From the human T2T-CHM13v2.0 reference genome, Homo sapiens, in the NCBI RefSeq assembly GCF_009914755.1, contig NC_060933.1: 64,000 nt of DNA; one strand, 5' to 3'. Below the pieces are notes generated by a model. It had not been told where the DNA came from and searched no databases. It was given only the letters and a program-made list of their open reading frames with translations. The translations under genes were made by a program, and so were the position numbers. Of the stretch, positions 1 to 15,409 are shown in pieces; position 1 is the first letter of the stretch, and each line of letters starts with the position of its first letter.

Positions 1-992
1 TGGAATGGAATGGAATGGAATTAAACCGAATAGAATGGAATGGAATGGAATGGAATGGAACGGAACGGAACGGAACGGAACGGAAAGGACTGGAAAGGAA
101 TGTAATGGAATTGTATGGAATGGAATGGCAAGGTACGGAATGGAATGGAATGGAAAGAATTGGAATGGAATGGAATCGAATGGAATGGAATGGAATGGAA
201 TGGAATGGAATCAACCCGAGTGCAGGGGAATGTAATGGAACGGAATGCAATGGAATGAAATCATCCGGAATGGAATGGAATGGAATGGAATGGAATGGAA
301 TTGAATGGAATCAACCCGAGTGCAATGGAATGGTGTGGAACGGAATGGAATGGAATGGAACAACCCGAATGGAATGGAATGTAATGGAGAGTAAGGGAGT
401 TGAATAGAATCAATCCGAATGGAATGGAATGGAATGGAATGGAATGGAATGGAATGGAATGGAATGCAATGGAATGGAATCAACACGAGTACAATGGAAC
501 GGAATGGAATGTAATGGAATGGAATGGAATGGAATGGAATGGAATGGAATCAACCCGAGTTCAATGGAATGGAGATGAATGGAATGGAATGGAATGGAAA
601 CTACCCGAATGGAATGGAATGTAATGGAGTATAAGGGAATTGAATAGAATCAATCCGAATGGAATGGAATGGAATGGAACGCAATGTAATGGAATGGAAT
701 GGAATGGAATCAACCCGAGTGCAGGGGAATGGAATGGAATGGAATGCAATGGAATGGAATCATCCGGAATGGAATGGAATGGAATGCAATGGAATGGAAT
801 GGAATGGAATCAACCCGAGTGCAATGCAATGGAGTGAAATGGAATGGAATGGAATGGAAACAACCAGAATGGATTGGAATATAATGGAGTGTAAGGGAGT
901 TGAATAGAATCAATCCGAATGTAATGGAATGGAATGGAACGGAATGGAATGGAATGGAATGGAATGGAATGGAATGGAATGCAATGGAATGG

Positions 993-1140
993 AATCAACC
1001 CGAGTGCAATCGAATGGAATCGAATGGAATGGAATGCAATGGAATGGATTCAACTTGAATGGAATGGAAAGAATGGAATCAACACGAGTGGAAGGTCATG
1101 GATTGGAATGGAATGGAGTGGAATCAACCCGAGTACAGGG
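993..1140 (+). repeat. Recurrent ~150 bp HSat3 module (AATCAACCCGAGTGCAATCGAATGGAATCG...GGATTCAACTTG...GGAAAGAATGGAATCAACACGAG...CCCGAGTACAGG), pHuR98/9q12-like; first of many copies
   Basis: The module is seen directly and recurs at about 5.5, 6.3, 11.1, 13.6, 15.4, 18.7, 20.4, 21.2, 27.2, 28.1, 32.5, 33.4, 34.0, 35.6 kb and onward. Similarity to the chromosome 9 SatIII clone pHuR98 is from recall and needs an alignment. Confidence 0.7.
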
Positions 1141-1464
1141 GAATGGAATGGAATGGAATGCAATGGAATGGAATCATCCATAATGGAATGGAAAGGAATG
1201 GAATGGAATGGAATGGAATGGAATGGAATGGAATGGAATGGAATCAACACGATTGCAATGGAATGGAATGGAATGGAATTAACCCGAATAGAATGGAATG
1301 GAATGGAATGGAACAGAACGGAATGGAATGGAATGGAATGGAATGGAATGGAATGGAACGGAACGGAACGGAACGGAACGGAATGGAATGGAATGGAATG
1401 GAATGGAATGGAATGGAATCAACGCGAGTGCAGGGGAATGGAATGGAATGGAAAGCAATGGAAT

Positions 1465-1479
1465 GGAATCTTCCGGAAT
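1465..1479. promoter_or_regulatory. Perfect three-unit heat-shock element gGAAt-cTTCc-gGAAt (first of ~35 copies)
   Basis: GGAATCTTCCGGAAT matches nGAAnnTTCnnGAAn exactly. HSF1 binding to SatIII in nuclear stress bodies is established; occupancy of these particular sites is inference. Confidence 0.6.
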
Positions 1480-1809
1480 GGAATGGAATGGAATGGAATG
1501 GAATGGAATGAAATGCAATGGATTCAACTCGATTGCAATGGAATGGAATAGAATGGAACGGAATGGAATGGAATGGAATTAACCCGAATAGAATGGAGTG
1601 GAATGGAATGGAACGGAATGGAACGGAATGGAATGGAATGGAATGGAATGGAATGGAATGGAATGGTACGGAATAGAATGGAATGGAACGAATTGTAATG
1701 GAATGGAATTGAATGGAATGGAATGGAATGGAATGGAATCAACGCGAGTGCAGGGGAATATAATGGAACGGAATGTAATGGAATGGAATCATCCGGAATG
1801 GAATGGAAT

Positions 1810-3740
1810 GGAATGGAATGGAATGGAATCAACCCGAGTGCAATGGAATGGAGTGTAATGGAATGGAATGGAATGGAACAACCCGAATGGAATGGAATGT
1901 AATGGAGATTAAGGGAGTTGAATAGAATCAATCCGAACGTAATGGAATGGAATGCAACGGAATGGAATGGAATGGAATGGAATGGAATGGAATGGAATCA
2001 ACCCGAGTGCAATGGAATGGAGTGGAATGGAATGGAATGGAATGGAACAACCCGAATGGAATCGAATGTAATGGAGAGTAAGGGAGTTGAATAGAATCAA
2101 TCCGAATGTAATGGAATGGAATGGAACGGAATGGAATTGAATGGAAAGGAATGGAATGCAATGGAATGGAATGGAATAGAATGGAATGGAACAAAATGGA
2201 ATGGAACGAAATGGAATGGAATGGAATGGAATGGGATGCAATGGAATGGAATCGTTCCGAGTGGAATAGGAGGGAATGTATTCGAGTGGAATGGAAAGGA
2301 ATGGAATCAACCAGAGTGGAATGGAAGGGAATGGTATGGAATGGAAACTAATAGAATGGCATCAACCCGAGTGGAATGGAATGGAAAGGACTGGAATGGA
2401 ATGGAATGGAATGGAATCAACTCGATTGTAATGGAATGGAATGGAATGGAATGGAATGGAATGGAATGGAATGGAATCAACCCGAGTGCAATGGAATGGA
2501 GTGGAATGGAATGGAATGGAATGGAACAACCCGAATGGAATGGAATGTAATGGAGAGTAAGGGAGTTGAATAGAATCAATCCGAATGTAATGGAATGGAA
2601 TGGAACGGAATGGAATTGAATGGAATGGAATGGAATGCAATGGAATGGAATCAACGCGAGTGCAATGGAATGGAGAGGAATGGAATGGAATGGAATGGAA
2701 ACTACCCGAATGGAATGGAATGTAATGGAGTGTAAGGGAATTGAATAGAATGAATCCGAATGTAATGGAATGGAATGGAATGGAATGGAATGGAATCAAC
2801 CCGAGTGCAATGGAATGGAGTGTAATGGAATGGAATGGAATGGAACAACCCGAATGGAATGGAATGTAATGGAGATTAAGGGAGTTGAATAGAATCAATC
2901 CGAACGTAATGGAATGGAATGCAACGGAATGGAATGGAATGGAATGGAATGGAATGGAATGGAATGGAATCAACCCGAGTGCAATGGAATGGAGTGGAAT
3001 GGAATGGAATGGAACGGAACAACCCGAATGGAATCGAATGTAATGGAGAGTAAGGGAGTTGAATAGAATCAATCCGAATGTAATGGAATGGAATGGAACG
3101 GAATGGAATTGAATGGAATGGAATGGAATGCAATGGAATGGAATGGAATAGAATGGAATGGAACAAAATGGAATGGAACGAAATGGAATGGAATGGAATG
3201 GAATGGGATGGAATGGAATGGAATCGTTCCGAGTGGAATAGGAGGGAATGTATTCGAGTGGAATGGAAAGGAATGGAATCAACCAGAGTGGAATGGAAGG
3301 GAATGGTATGGAATGGAAACTAATAGAATGGAATCAACCCGAGTGGAATGGAATGGAAAGGACTGGAATGGAATGGAATGGAATGGAATCAACTCGATTG
3401 TAATGGAATGGAATGGAATGGAATGGAATGGAATGGAATGGAATCAACCCGAGTGCAATGGAATGGAGTGGAATGGAATGGAATGGAATGGAACAACCCG
3501 AATGGAATGGAATGTAATGGAGAGTAAGGGAGTTGAATAGAATCAATCCGAATGTAATGGAATGGAATGGAACGGAATGGAATTGAATGGAATGGAATGG
3601 AATGCAATGGAATGGAATCAACGCGAGTGCAATGGAATGGAGAGGAATGGAATGGAATGGAATGGAAACTACCCGAATGGAATGGAATGTAATGGAGTGT
3701 AAGGGAATTGAATAGAATGAATCCGAATGTAATGGAATGG
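1810..3740 (+). repeat. Tandem duplication, unit ~0.97 kb (about 1,810-2,770 and 2,771-3,740)
   Basis: ORF pairs 2116/3088 and 2121/3093 (offset 972). Shared rare variants: GGAGATTAAGGG (~1903/2871), CCGAACGTAAT, GGAACAAAAT, GGGATG, AGAATGAATCCG. Confidence 0.9.
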
Positions 3741-6700
3741 AATGGAATGGAATGGAATGGAATGGAACGGAATGTAATGTAATGGAATGGAATGGAATCA
3801 ACTCGATTGCAATCGAATGGAATGGAATGGAATTAACCCGAATAGAATGGAATGGAATGGAATGGAACCGAACGGAATGGAATGGAATGGAATGGAATGG
3901 AATGGAATGGAACCGAACGGAATGGAATGGAATGGAATGGAATGGAATGGAATCAACTCGAGTGCAGGGGAATGGAATGGAATGGAATACAATGGAATGA
4001 ATCTTCCGGAATGGAATGGAATGGAATGGAGTGGAATGAAATGCAATGGATTCAACTCGAATGCAATGGAATGGAATGGAATGGAATCAAACCGAGTGCA
4101 ATGGAATGGAGTGAAATGGAATGGAATGGAATGGAAACAACCAGAATGGATGGGAATATAATGGAGTGTAAGGGAATTGAATAGAATCAATCTGAATGTA
4201 ATGAAATGGAATGGAACGCAATGGAATGGAATGGAATGGAATCGAATGGAATGGAATGGAATGGAATCAACCGGAGTGCAGTGGAATGGATTCGAATGGA
4301 ATGGAATGGAGTGGAATCGATTCAACTTGAATGGAATGGAAAGAATGGAATCAACACGAGTGGAATGGATTGGAATGGAATGGAATGGAATGGAATGGAA
4401 TGGTTCGGAATAGAATGGATTGGAACAAAATGGAATGGAATGGAATGAAATGGAATGGAATGGAATGGAATGGAATGGAATGGAATCAAGTCGATTGCAA
4501 TGGAATAGAATGGAATGGAATGGAACGGATTGGAATGGAATGGAATTGAATGGAATGGAATGGAATTAAATGGAATTGAAAGGAATGGAATCAACCTGAG
4601 TGCAGGGGAAAGGAATGGAATGGAATGCAATGGAATGGAATGGAATCAACCCGAGTGCAGGGAAATGTAATGGAACGGAATGCAATGGAATGGAATCATC
4701 CGGAATGGAATGGAATGGAATGGAATGGAATGGAATGGAATGGAATGGAATCAACCCGAGTGCAATGGAATGGAGTGGAAAGGAATGAAAGGAATGGAAC
4801 AACCCGAATGGAATGGAATGTAATTGAGAGTAAGGGAGTTGAATAGAATCAATCCGAATGTAATGGAATGGAAAGGAATGGAATGGAATGGAATGGAATG
4901 GAATGGAATGGAATGGAATGGAATCAACCCGAGTACAATGGAACGGAATGGAATGGAAGGTAATGTAATGTAATGGAATGAAATGGAATGGAATGGAATG
5001 GAATGGAATCAACCCGAGTGCAATGGAATGGAGAGGAATGGAATGGAATGGAATGGAAACTACCCGAATGAAATGGAATGTAATGGAGTGTAAGGGAATT
5101 GAATAGAATCAATCCGAATGGAATGGAATGGAATGGAACGGAATGTAATGGAATGGAATGGAATGGAATCAAACACGAGTGCAGGGGAATGGAATGGAAT
5201 GGAATGCAATGGAATGGAATCATCCGGAATGGAATGGAATGGAATCATCCTGAATGGAATGGAATGGAATACAATGGAATGGAATGGAATGGAATCAACC
5301 CGAGTGCAATGGAATGGAGTGAAATGGAATGGAATGGAATGGAAACAACCAGAATGGATTGGAATATAATGGAGTGTAAGGGAATTGAATAGAATAAATC
5401 TGAATGTAATGAAATGGAATGGAACAGAATAGAATTTAATGGAATGGAATGGAATGGAATGGAATGGAATGGAATGGAATCAACCCGAGTGCAATCGAAT
5501 GGAATCGAATGGAATGGAATGCAATGGAATGGATTCAACTTGAATGGAATGGAAAGAATGGAATCAACACGAGTGGAATGGCATGGATTGGAATGGAATG
5601 GAATGGAATCAACCCGAGTACAGGGGAATGGAATGGAATGCAATGGAATGGAATCATCCCTAATGGAATGGAAAGGAATGGAATGGAATGGAATGGAATG
5701 GAATGGAATGGAATGGAATAAACTCGATTGCAATCGAATGGAATGGAATGGAATTAACCGAATAGAATGGAATGGAATGGAATGGAACGGAACGGAATGG
5801 AATGCAATGGAATGGAATGGAATGGAATGGAATGGAACGGAAAGGAAGGGAATGGAATGGAATAGAATGGAATGGAATGGAATCAACGCGAGTGCAGGGG
5901 AATGGAATGGAATGGAATGCAATGGAATGGAATCTTCCGGAATGGAATGGAATGGAATGGAATGGAATCAACCCGAGTGCAATGGAATGGAGTGGAATGG
6001 AATGGAATGGAATGGAACAACCCGAATGGAATGGAATGGAATGGAGAGTAAGGGAGTTGAATAGAATCAATCCGAATGTAATGGAATGGAATGGAACGGA
6101 ATGGAATGGAATGGAATGGAATGGAATGCAATGGAATGGAATCAACCCGAGTGCAATGGAATGGAGAGGAATGGAATGGAATGGAATGGAAACTACCCGA
6201 ATGGAATGGAATGTAATGGAGTGTAAGGGAATTGAATAGAATCAATCCGAATGGAATGGAATGGAATGGAACGCAATGGAATGGAATGGAATGGAATGGA
6301 ATGGAATGGAATGGAATGAAATGGAATGGAATCAACCCGAGTGCAATCGAATTTAATCGAATGGAATGGAATGCAATGGAATGGATTCAACTTGAATGGA
6401 ATGGAAAGAATGGAATCAACACGTGTGGAATGGCATAGATTGGAATGGAATGGAATGGAATCAATCCGAGTACAGAGGAATGGAATGGAATGGAATGCAA
6501 TGGAATGGAATCATCCGTAATGGAATGAGAAGGAATGGAATGGAACGGAATGGAATGGAATGGAATGGAATGGAATGGAATCAACTCGATTGCAATCGAA
6601 TGGAATGGAATGGAATTAAGCCGAATAGAATGGAATGGAATGGAATGGAACGGAACGGAATGGAATGGAATGGAATGGAACGGAACGGAACGGAATGGAA

Positions 6701-9700
6701 CGGAACGGAATGGAATGGAATGGAATGGAATGGAATGGAATGGAATCAACGCGAGTGCAGGGGAATGGAATGGAATGGAATGCAATGGAATGGAGCCTTC
6801 CGGAATGGAATGGAATGGAATGGAATGCAATGGAATGGAGTCTTCCGGAATGGAATGGAATGGAATGGAATGAAATGCAATGGATTCAACTCGATTGCAA
6901 TGGAATGGAATAGAATGGAATGGAATGGAATGGAATGGAATTAATCCGAGTAGAATGGAATGGAATTGAATGGAACGGAATGCAACGGAATGGAATGGAA
7001 TGGAATGGAATGGAATGGTATGGAATGGAATGGAATGGTACGGAATAGAATGGAATGGAACGAATTGCAATGGAATGGAATTGAATGGAATGGAATAGAA
7101 TGGAATGGAATCAACGCGAGTGCAGGGGAATGTAATGGAACGGAATGCAATAGAATGGAATCATCCGGAATGGAATGGAATGGAATGGAATGGAATGGAA
7201 TCAACCCGAGTGCAATGGAATGGAGTGGAGTGGAATGGAATGGAATGGAACAACCCGAAGGGAATGGAATGTAATGGAGAGTAAGGGAGTTGAATAGAAT
7301 CAATCCGATTGTAATGGAATGGAATGCAACGGAATGGAATGGAATGGAATGGAATGGAATGGAATGCAATGGAATGGAATCAACTCGAGTACAATGGAAT
7401 GCAATGGAATGGAATGGAATGGAATGGAATGGAATGGAATGGAATGGAATAGAATGGAATGGAATTGAATGGAAAGGAAAGCCTTCAAACCGAATGGAAT
7501 GGAAAAGAATGGAATCAACACGAGTGGAATGGAATGGAATGGAATGGAATGGAATGGAATGGAATGGAACGGAATAGAATGGAATGGAACGAACTGGAAT
7601 GCAATGGAATGGAATGGAATGGAATGGAATGGAATGGAATCGTTCCGAGTGGAATATTAGGGAATGTATTCGAGTGGAATGGAAAGGAATGGAATCAACC
7701 AGAGTGGAATGGAAGGGAATGGAATGGAATGGAATGGAATTAACCCGAATAGAATGGAATGGAATGGAATGGAATCAACTCGATTGCAATGGAATGGAAT
7801 GGAATGGAATTGAATCGAATGGAATGGAATGGAATTAACCGGAATAGAATGGAATGGAATGGAATGGAACGGAATGGAATGGAATGGAATGGAATGGAAT
7901 GGAATGGAATGGAATCAACCCGAGTGCAGGGGAAAGGAATGGAATGGAATGCAATGGAATGGAATCTTCCGGAATGGAATGGAATGGAATGGAATGGAAT
8001 GAAATGCAATAGATTCAACTCGATTGCAATGGAATGGAATAGAATGGAATGGAATGGAATGGAATGGAATTAACCCGAATAGAATGGAATGGAATGGAAT
8101 GGAACAGAATGGAACGGAATGGAATGGAATGGAATGGAATGGAATGGAATGGAATGCTATGGAATGGAATGGAATGGTACGTAATAGAATGGAATGGAAC
8201 GAATTGTAATGGAATGGAATTGAATGGAATGGAATGGAATGGAATGCAATCAACGCGAGTGCAGGGGAATGTAATGGAACGGAATGCAATGGAATGGAAT
8301 CATCCGGAATGGAATGGAATGGAATGGAATGGAATGGAATGGAATCAACCCGAGTGCAATGGAATGCAGTGGAATGGAATGGAATGGAATGGAACAACCC
8401 GAATGGAATGGAATGTAATGGAGAGTAAGGGAGTTGAATAGAATCAATCCGAATGTAATGGAATGGAATGCAACGGAATGGAATGGAATGGAATGCAATG
8501 GAATGGAATGGAATGGAATGCAAAGGAATGGAATCAACCCGAGTGGAATGGCATGGAATGTAATGCAATGGAATGGAATGGAATCGAATGGAATCAACTC
8601 GAGTGGAAAGGAATGGAATGGAATGGAAAGGAATGGAATGAAATCAACTCGAGTGGAATGGAATGGAATGCAATGGATTGGAATGGATTGCAACGGAATG
8701 AAATGGAATGGAATGGAATGGAATCAATCATTCCGAGTGGAATGGAAGGGAATGTAATGGAGTGGAAAGAAGGGAATGGAATCAACCCGATTGGAATGCA
8801 AGGCAATGGAATGGAATGGAAAGGAATGGAATGCAATCAACTCGATTGCAATGGAATGGAATGGAATGGAATTAACCGGAATAGAATGGAATGCAATGGA
8901 GTGGAACGGAATGGAATGGAATGGAAGGTAATGGAATCAACACGAGTGCAGGGGAATGGAATGGAATCGAATGCAATGGAATGGAATCATCCGGAATGGA
9001 ATGGAATGGAATGGAATCAACTCCATTGCAATGGAATGGAATGGAATGGAATGGAATAGAATGGAATGGAATTAACCCGAATAGAATGGAATGCAATAGA
9101 ATGGAATAGAACGGAACCGAATGGAGTGGAATGGAATGGAATGGAATCAACCTGAGTGCAGGGGAATGGAATGGAATGGAATGCAATGGAATGGAATCAT
9201 CCGGAATGGAATGGAATGGAATGGAATGGAATCAAACCGAGTGCAATGGAATGGAGTGAAATGGAATGGAATGGAATGGAAACAACCAGAATGGATTGGA
9301 ATATAATGGAGTGTAAGGGAATTGAATAGAATCAAGCTGAATGTAATGAAATGGAATCGAACGGAATGGAATGGAATGGAATGGAATCGAATGGAATGGA
9401 ATGGAATGGAATAAACCCGAGTGCAATGGAATGGATTCGAATGGAATGGAATGGAGTGGAATGGATTCAACTTGAATGGAATGGAAAGAATGGAATCAAC
9501 ACGAGTGGAATGGCATGGAATGGAATGGAATGGAATGGAATGGAATGGAATGGAATGGAATGGTTTGGAATAGAATGGATTGGAACAAAATGGAATGGAA
9601 TGGAATGGAATGGAATGGAATGGAATGGAATGGAATCAAGTCGATTGCAATGGAATGGAATGGAATGGAATGGAATGGAATGGAATCAAGTCGATTTCAA

Positions 9701-12700
9701 TGCAATAGAATGGAATGGAATGGAACGGATTGGAATGGAATGGAATGGAATGGAATTGAATGGAATGGAATTAAAAGGAATCGAAAGGAATGGAATCAAC
9801 CCGAGTGCAGAGGAAAGGAATGGAATGGAATGGAATGGAATGGAATGGAATGGAATGGAATCAACCCGAGTGGAATGGCATGGAATGGAATGCAATGGAA
9901 TGGAATGGAATGGAATCAACTCGAGTGGAAAGGAATGGAATGGAATGGAAAGGAATCGAATGAAATCAACTCGAGTGGAATGGAATGGAATGGAATGGAT
10001 TGGAATGGATTGCAATGGAATGAAATGGAATGGAATGGAATGGAATCAATCATTCCGAGTGGAATGGAAGGGAAGGTAATGGGGTGGAAAGAAGGGAATG
10101 GAATCAACCCAAGTGGAATGCAAGGCAATGGAATGGAATGGAAAGGAATGGAATGGAATCAACTCGATTGCAATGGAATGGAATGGAATGGAATGGAATG
10201 GAAAGGAATGGAATGGAATGAAATGGAATGGAATGGAATGCAATGGAATGGAATCAACCCGACTGCAATCGAATGGAATCGAATGGAATGGAATGCAATG
10301 GAATGGATTCAACTTGAATGGAATGGAAAGAATGGAATCAACACGAGTGGAATGGCAGGGATTGGAATGGAATGGAATGGAATCAACCCGAGTACAGGGG
10401 AATGGATTGGAATGGAATGCAGTGGAATGGAATCATCCGTAATGGAATGGAAAGGAATGGAATGGAATGGAATGGAATGGAATCAACTCGATTGCAATTG
10501 AATGGAATGGCATGGAATTAACCCGAATAGAATGGAATGGAATGGAATGGAACGGAACGGAACGGAACGGAACGGAACGCAATGGAATGGAATGGAATGG
10601 AACGGAAAGGAATGGAATGGAATGGAATGGAATGGAATGGAATGGAATGGAATGGAATGGAATCAACGCGAGTGCAGGGGAATGGAATATAATGGAATGT
10701 AATGGAATGGAATCTTCCGGAATGGAATGGAATGGAATGGAATCAACCCGAGTGCAATGGAATGGAGTGGAATGGAATGGAATGGAATGGAACAACCCGA
10801 ATGGAATCGAATGTAATGGAGAGTAAGGGAGTTGAATAGAATGAATCCGAACGTAATGGAATGGAATGGAACGGAATGGAATTGAATGGAATGGAATGGA
10901 ATGCAATGGAATGGAATCAAACCGAGTGCAATGGAATGGAGAGGAATGGAATGGAATGGAGTGGAAACTACCCGAATGGAATGGAATGTAATGGAGTGTA
11001 AGGGAATTGAATAGAATCAATCCGAATGTAATGGAATGGAATGGAACGGAATGGAATGGAATGGAATGGAATGGAATAGAATGGAATGCAATGGAATGGA
11101 ATCAACCCGAGTGCAATCGAATGGAATCGAATGGAATGGAATGCAATGGAATGGATTCAACTTGAATGGAATGGAAAGAATGGAATCAACACGAGTGGAA
11201 TGGCATGGATTGGAATGGAATTGAATGGAATCAACCCGAGTACAGGGTAATGGAATGGAATGGAATGCAATGGAATGGAATCATCCGTAATAGAATGGAA
11301 AGGAATGGAATGGAATGGAATGGAATGGAATGGAATGGAATGGAATCAACTCGATTGCAATCGAATGGAATGGAATGGAATTCACCCGAATAGAATGGAA
11401 TGGAATGGAATGGAACGGAACGGAATGTAATGGAATGGAATGGAATGGAATGGAACGGAACGGAATGGAATGGAATTGAATGGAATGGAATGGAATGGAA
11501 TGGAATCAACGCGAGTGCAGGGGAATGGAATGGAATAGAATGCAATGGAATGGAATCTTCCGGAATGGAATGGAATGGAATGGAATGGAATGAAATGCGA
11601 TGGATTCAACTCGATTGCAATGGAATGGAATAGAATGGAATGGAATGGAATGGAATGGAATGGAATGGAATTAACCCGAATAGAATGGAATGGAATGGAA
11701 TGGAACGGAATGGAACGGAATGGAATGGAATGGAATGGAATGGAATGGTATGGAATGGAATGGAATGGTACGGAATAGAATGGAATGGAACGAATTGTAA
11801 TGGAATGGAATTGAATGGAATGGAATGGAATGGAATGGAATCAACGCGAGTGCAGGGGAATGTAATGGAACGGAATGCAATGGAATGGAATCATCCGGAA
11901 TGGAATGGAATGGAATGGAATGGAATGGAATCAACCCGAGTGCAGTGGAATGGAATGGAATGGAATGGAACAACCCGAATGGAATGGAATGTAATGGAGA
12001 GTAAGGGAGTTGAATAGAATCAATCCGAATGCAATGGAATGGAATGCAACGGAATGGAATGGAATGGAATGGAATGGAATGCCTTCATACCGAATGGAAT
12101 GGAAAGGAATGGAATCAACAGGAGTGGAATGGAATGGAATGGAATGCAATGGAATGGAATGGAATGGAATGATACGGAATAGAATGGAATGGAACGAAAT
12201 GGAATGGAATGGAATAGAATGGAATGGAATGGAATGGAATGGAATGGAATGGAATGGAATCGTTCCGAGTGGAATAGGAGGGAATGTATTCGAGTGGAAT
12301 GGAAAGGAATGGAATCAACCAGAGTGGAATGGAAGGGAAAGGAATGGAATAGAAACTAATAGAATGGAATCAACCCGAGTGGAATGGAATGGAAAGGACT
12401 GGAATGGAAAGGAATGGAATGGAAAGGAATGGAATGGAATGGAATGGAATGGAATGGAATCAACGCGAGTGCAGGGGAATGGAATGGAATCGAATGGAAT
12501 GGAATGGAATGGAATGGAATCAACCCTAGTGCAGGGGAATGTAATGGAACGGAATGCAATGGAATGGAATCATCGGGAATGGAATGGAATGGAATGGAAT
12601 GGAATCAACCCGAGTGCAATGGAATGGAGTGGAATGGAATGGAATGGAATGGAACAATCCGAATGGAATGGAATGTAATGGAGAGAAAGGGAGTTGAAAG

Positions 12701-15409
12701 AATCAATCCGAATGTAATGGAATGGAACGGAAAGGATTGGAATGGAATGCAATGGAATGGAATGTAATGGAATGCAATGGAATGGAATCAACCCGAGTAC
12801 AATGGAATGGAATGGAATGGAATGGAAGGGAATGGAATGGAATGCAATGATACGGAATAGAATGGAATGGAACGAAATGGAATGGAATGGAATGGAATGG
12901 AATGGAATGCAATGGAATGGAATGGAATGGAATCGTTCCGAGTGGAATAGGAGGGAATGTATTCGAGTGGAATGGAAAGGAAGGGAATCAACCAGAGTGG
13001 AATGGAAGGGAATGGAATGGAATGGAAACTAATAGAATGGAATCAACCCGAGTGGCATGGAATGGAAAGGACTGGAATGGAATGGAATGGAATGGAATCA
13101 ACTCGATTGTAATGGAATGGAATGGAATGGAATGGAATGGAATGGAATGGAATGGAATGGAATCTTCCGGAATGGAATGGAATGGAATGGAATGGAATCA
13201 ACCCGAGTGCAATGGAATGGAGTGGAATGGAATGGAATGGAATGGAACAACCCGAATGGAATGGAATGGAATGGAGAGTAAGGGAGTTGAATAGAATCAA
13301 TCCGAATGTAATGGAATGGAATGGAACGGAATGGAATTGAATGGAATGGAATGGAATGCAATGAAATGGAATCAACCCGAGTGCAATGGAATGGAGAGGA
13401 ATGGAATGGAATGGAATGGAATCTACCCGAATGGAATGGAATGTAATGGAGTGTAAGGGAATTGAATAGAATCAATCCGAATGTAATGGAATGGAATGGA
13501 AAGGAATGGAATGGAATGGAATGGAATGGAATGGAATGCAATGGAATGGAATCAACCCGAGTGCAATCGAATGGAATCGAATTGAATGGAATGCAATGGA
13601 ATGGATTCAACTTCAATGGAATGGAAAGAATGGAATCAACAGGAGTGGAATGGCATGGATTGGAATGGAATGGAAGGGAATCAACCCGAGTACAGGGGAA
13701 TGGAATGGAATGGAATACAATGGAATGGAATCATCCGTAATGGAATGGAAAGGAATGGAATGGAATGGAATGGAATGGAATGGAATGGAATCAACTCGAT
13801 TGCAATCGAATGGAATGGAATGGAATTAACCCGAATAGAATGGAATGGAATGGAATTGAACGGAACGGAACGGAATGGAATGGATTGGAATGGAATGGAA
13901 TGGAATGGAATGGAACGGAACGGAACGGAACGGAATGGAATGGAATGGAATGGAATGGAATGGAATGGAATGGAATGGAATGCAATGGAATGGAATCAAC
14001 CCGAGTACAATGGAATGGAATGGAATGGAATGGAATGGAATGGAATGGAATGGAATGGAGTGGAATGGAATGGAATGGAATGCTTTCAAACCGAATGGAA
14101 TGGAAAGGAATGGAATCAACACCAGTGGAATGGAATGGAATGGAAAGGAATGGAATGGAATGGAATGGTAAGGAATAGAATGGAATGGAACGAAATGGAA
14201 TGGAATGGAATGGAATGGAATGGAATGGAATAGAATCGTTCCGAGTGGAATAGGAGGGAATGTATTCGAGTGGAATGGAAAGGAATGGAATCAACCAGAG
14301 TGGAATGGAAGGGAAAGGACTGGAATGGAATGGAATGGAATGGAATGGAATGGAATGGAATCAACTCGATTGTAATGGTGTGGAATGGAATGGAATGGAA
14401 TGGAATGGAATGGAATGGAATTAACCCGAATACAACGGAATGGAATGGAATGGAATGGAATGGAGTGGAATGGAATGGAATCAACCCGAGTGCAGGGGAA
14501 TGGAATGGAATGGAATGCAATGGAATGGAATCTTCCGGAATGGAATGGAATGGAATGGAATGCAAAGCAATGGAATCAACTCGATTGCAATGGAATGGAA
14601 TGGAATGGAAAGGAATACATTGGAATCAACCCGAGTGGAATGGAATGGAAAGGACTGGAATGGAGTGGAATGGAATGGAATGGAATGGAATGGAATGGAA
14701 TCAACTCGATTGGAATGGAATGGAATGGAATGGAATGGAATGGAATGGAATGGAATCAACCCGACTGAAGGGGAATGGAATGGAATGGAATGCAATGGAA
14801 TGGATTCAACTTGAATGGAATGGAAAGAATGGAATCAACACGAGTGGAATGGCATGGATTGGAATGGAATGGAATGGAATCAACCCGAGTACAGGGGAAT
14901 GGAATGGAATGGAATGCAATGGAATGGAATCATCCGTAATGGAATGGAAAGGAATGGAATGGAATGGAATGGAATGGAATGGAATGGAATGGAATGGAAT
15001 GGAATCAACTCGATTGCAATGGAATGGAATGGAATGGAATTAACCCGAATAGAATGGAATGGAATGGAATGGAACAGAACGGAATGGAATGGAATGGAAT
15101 GGAATGGAATGGAATGGAACGGAAAGGAATGGAATGGAATGGAATGGAATGGAATGGAATGGAATCAACGCGAGTGCAGGGGAATGGAATGTAATGGAAT
15201 GCAATGGAATGGAATCTTCCGGAATGGAATGGAATGGAATGGAATCAACCCGAGTGCAATGGAATGGAGTGGAATGGAATGGAATGGAATGGAACAACCC
15301 GAATGGAATCGAATGTAATAGAGAGTACGGGAGTTGAATAGAATCAATCCGAATGTAATGGAATGGAATGGAACGGAATGGAATTGAATGGAATGGAATG
15401 GAATGGAAT

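Noticed and set aside
221-230. GCAGGGGAA G-tracts as G-quadruplex motifs
   Set aside because: The G3/G4 tracts are isolated and far apart, with no four-tract cluster; GG doublets alone are weak evidence.
401-420. GAATAGAATCA as a DUX4 site, and TTCCGGAA as a STAT site
   Set aside because: The first does not match TAAYBBAATCA. STAT sites need TTC-N3/N4-GAA, whereas the spacer here is N2, which is HSE geometry.
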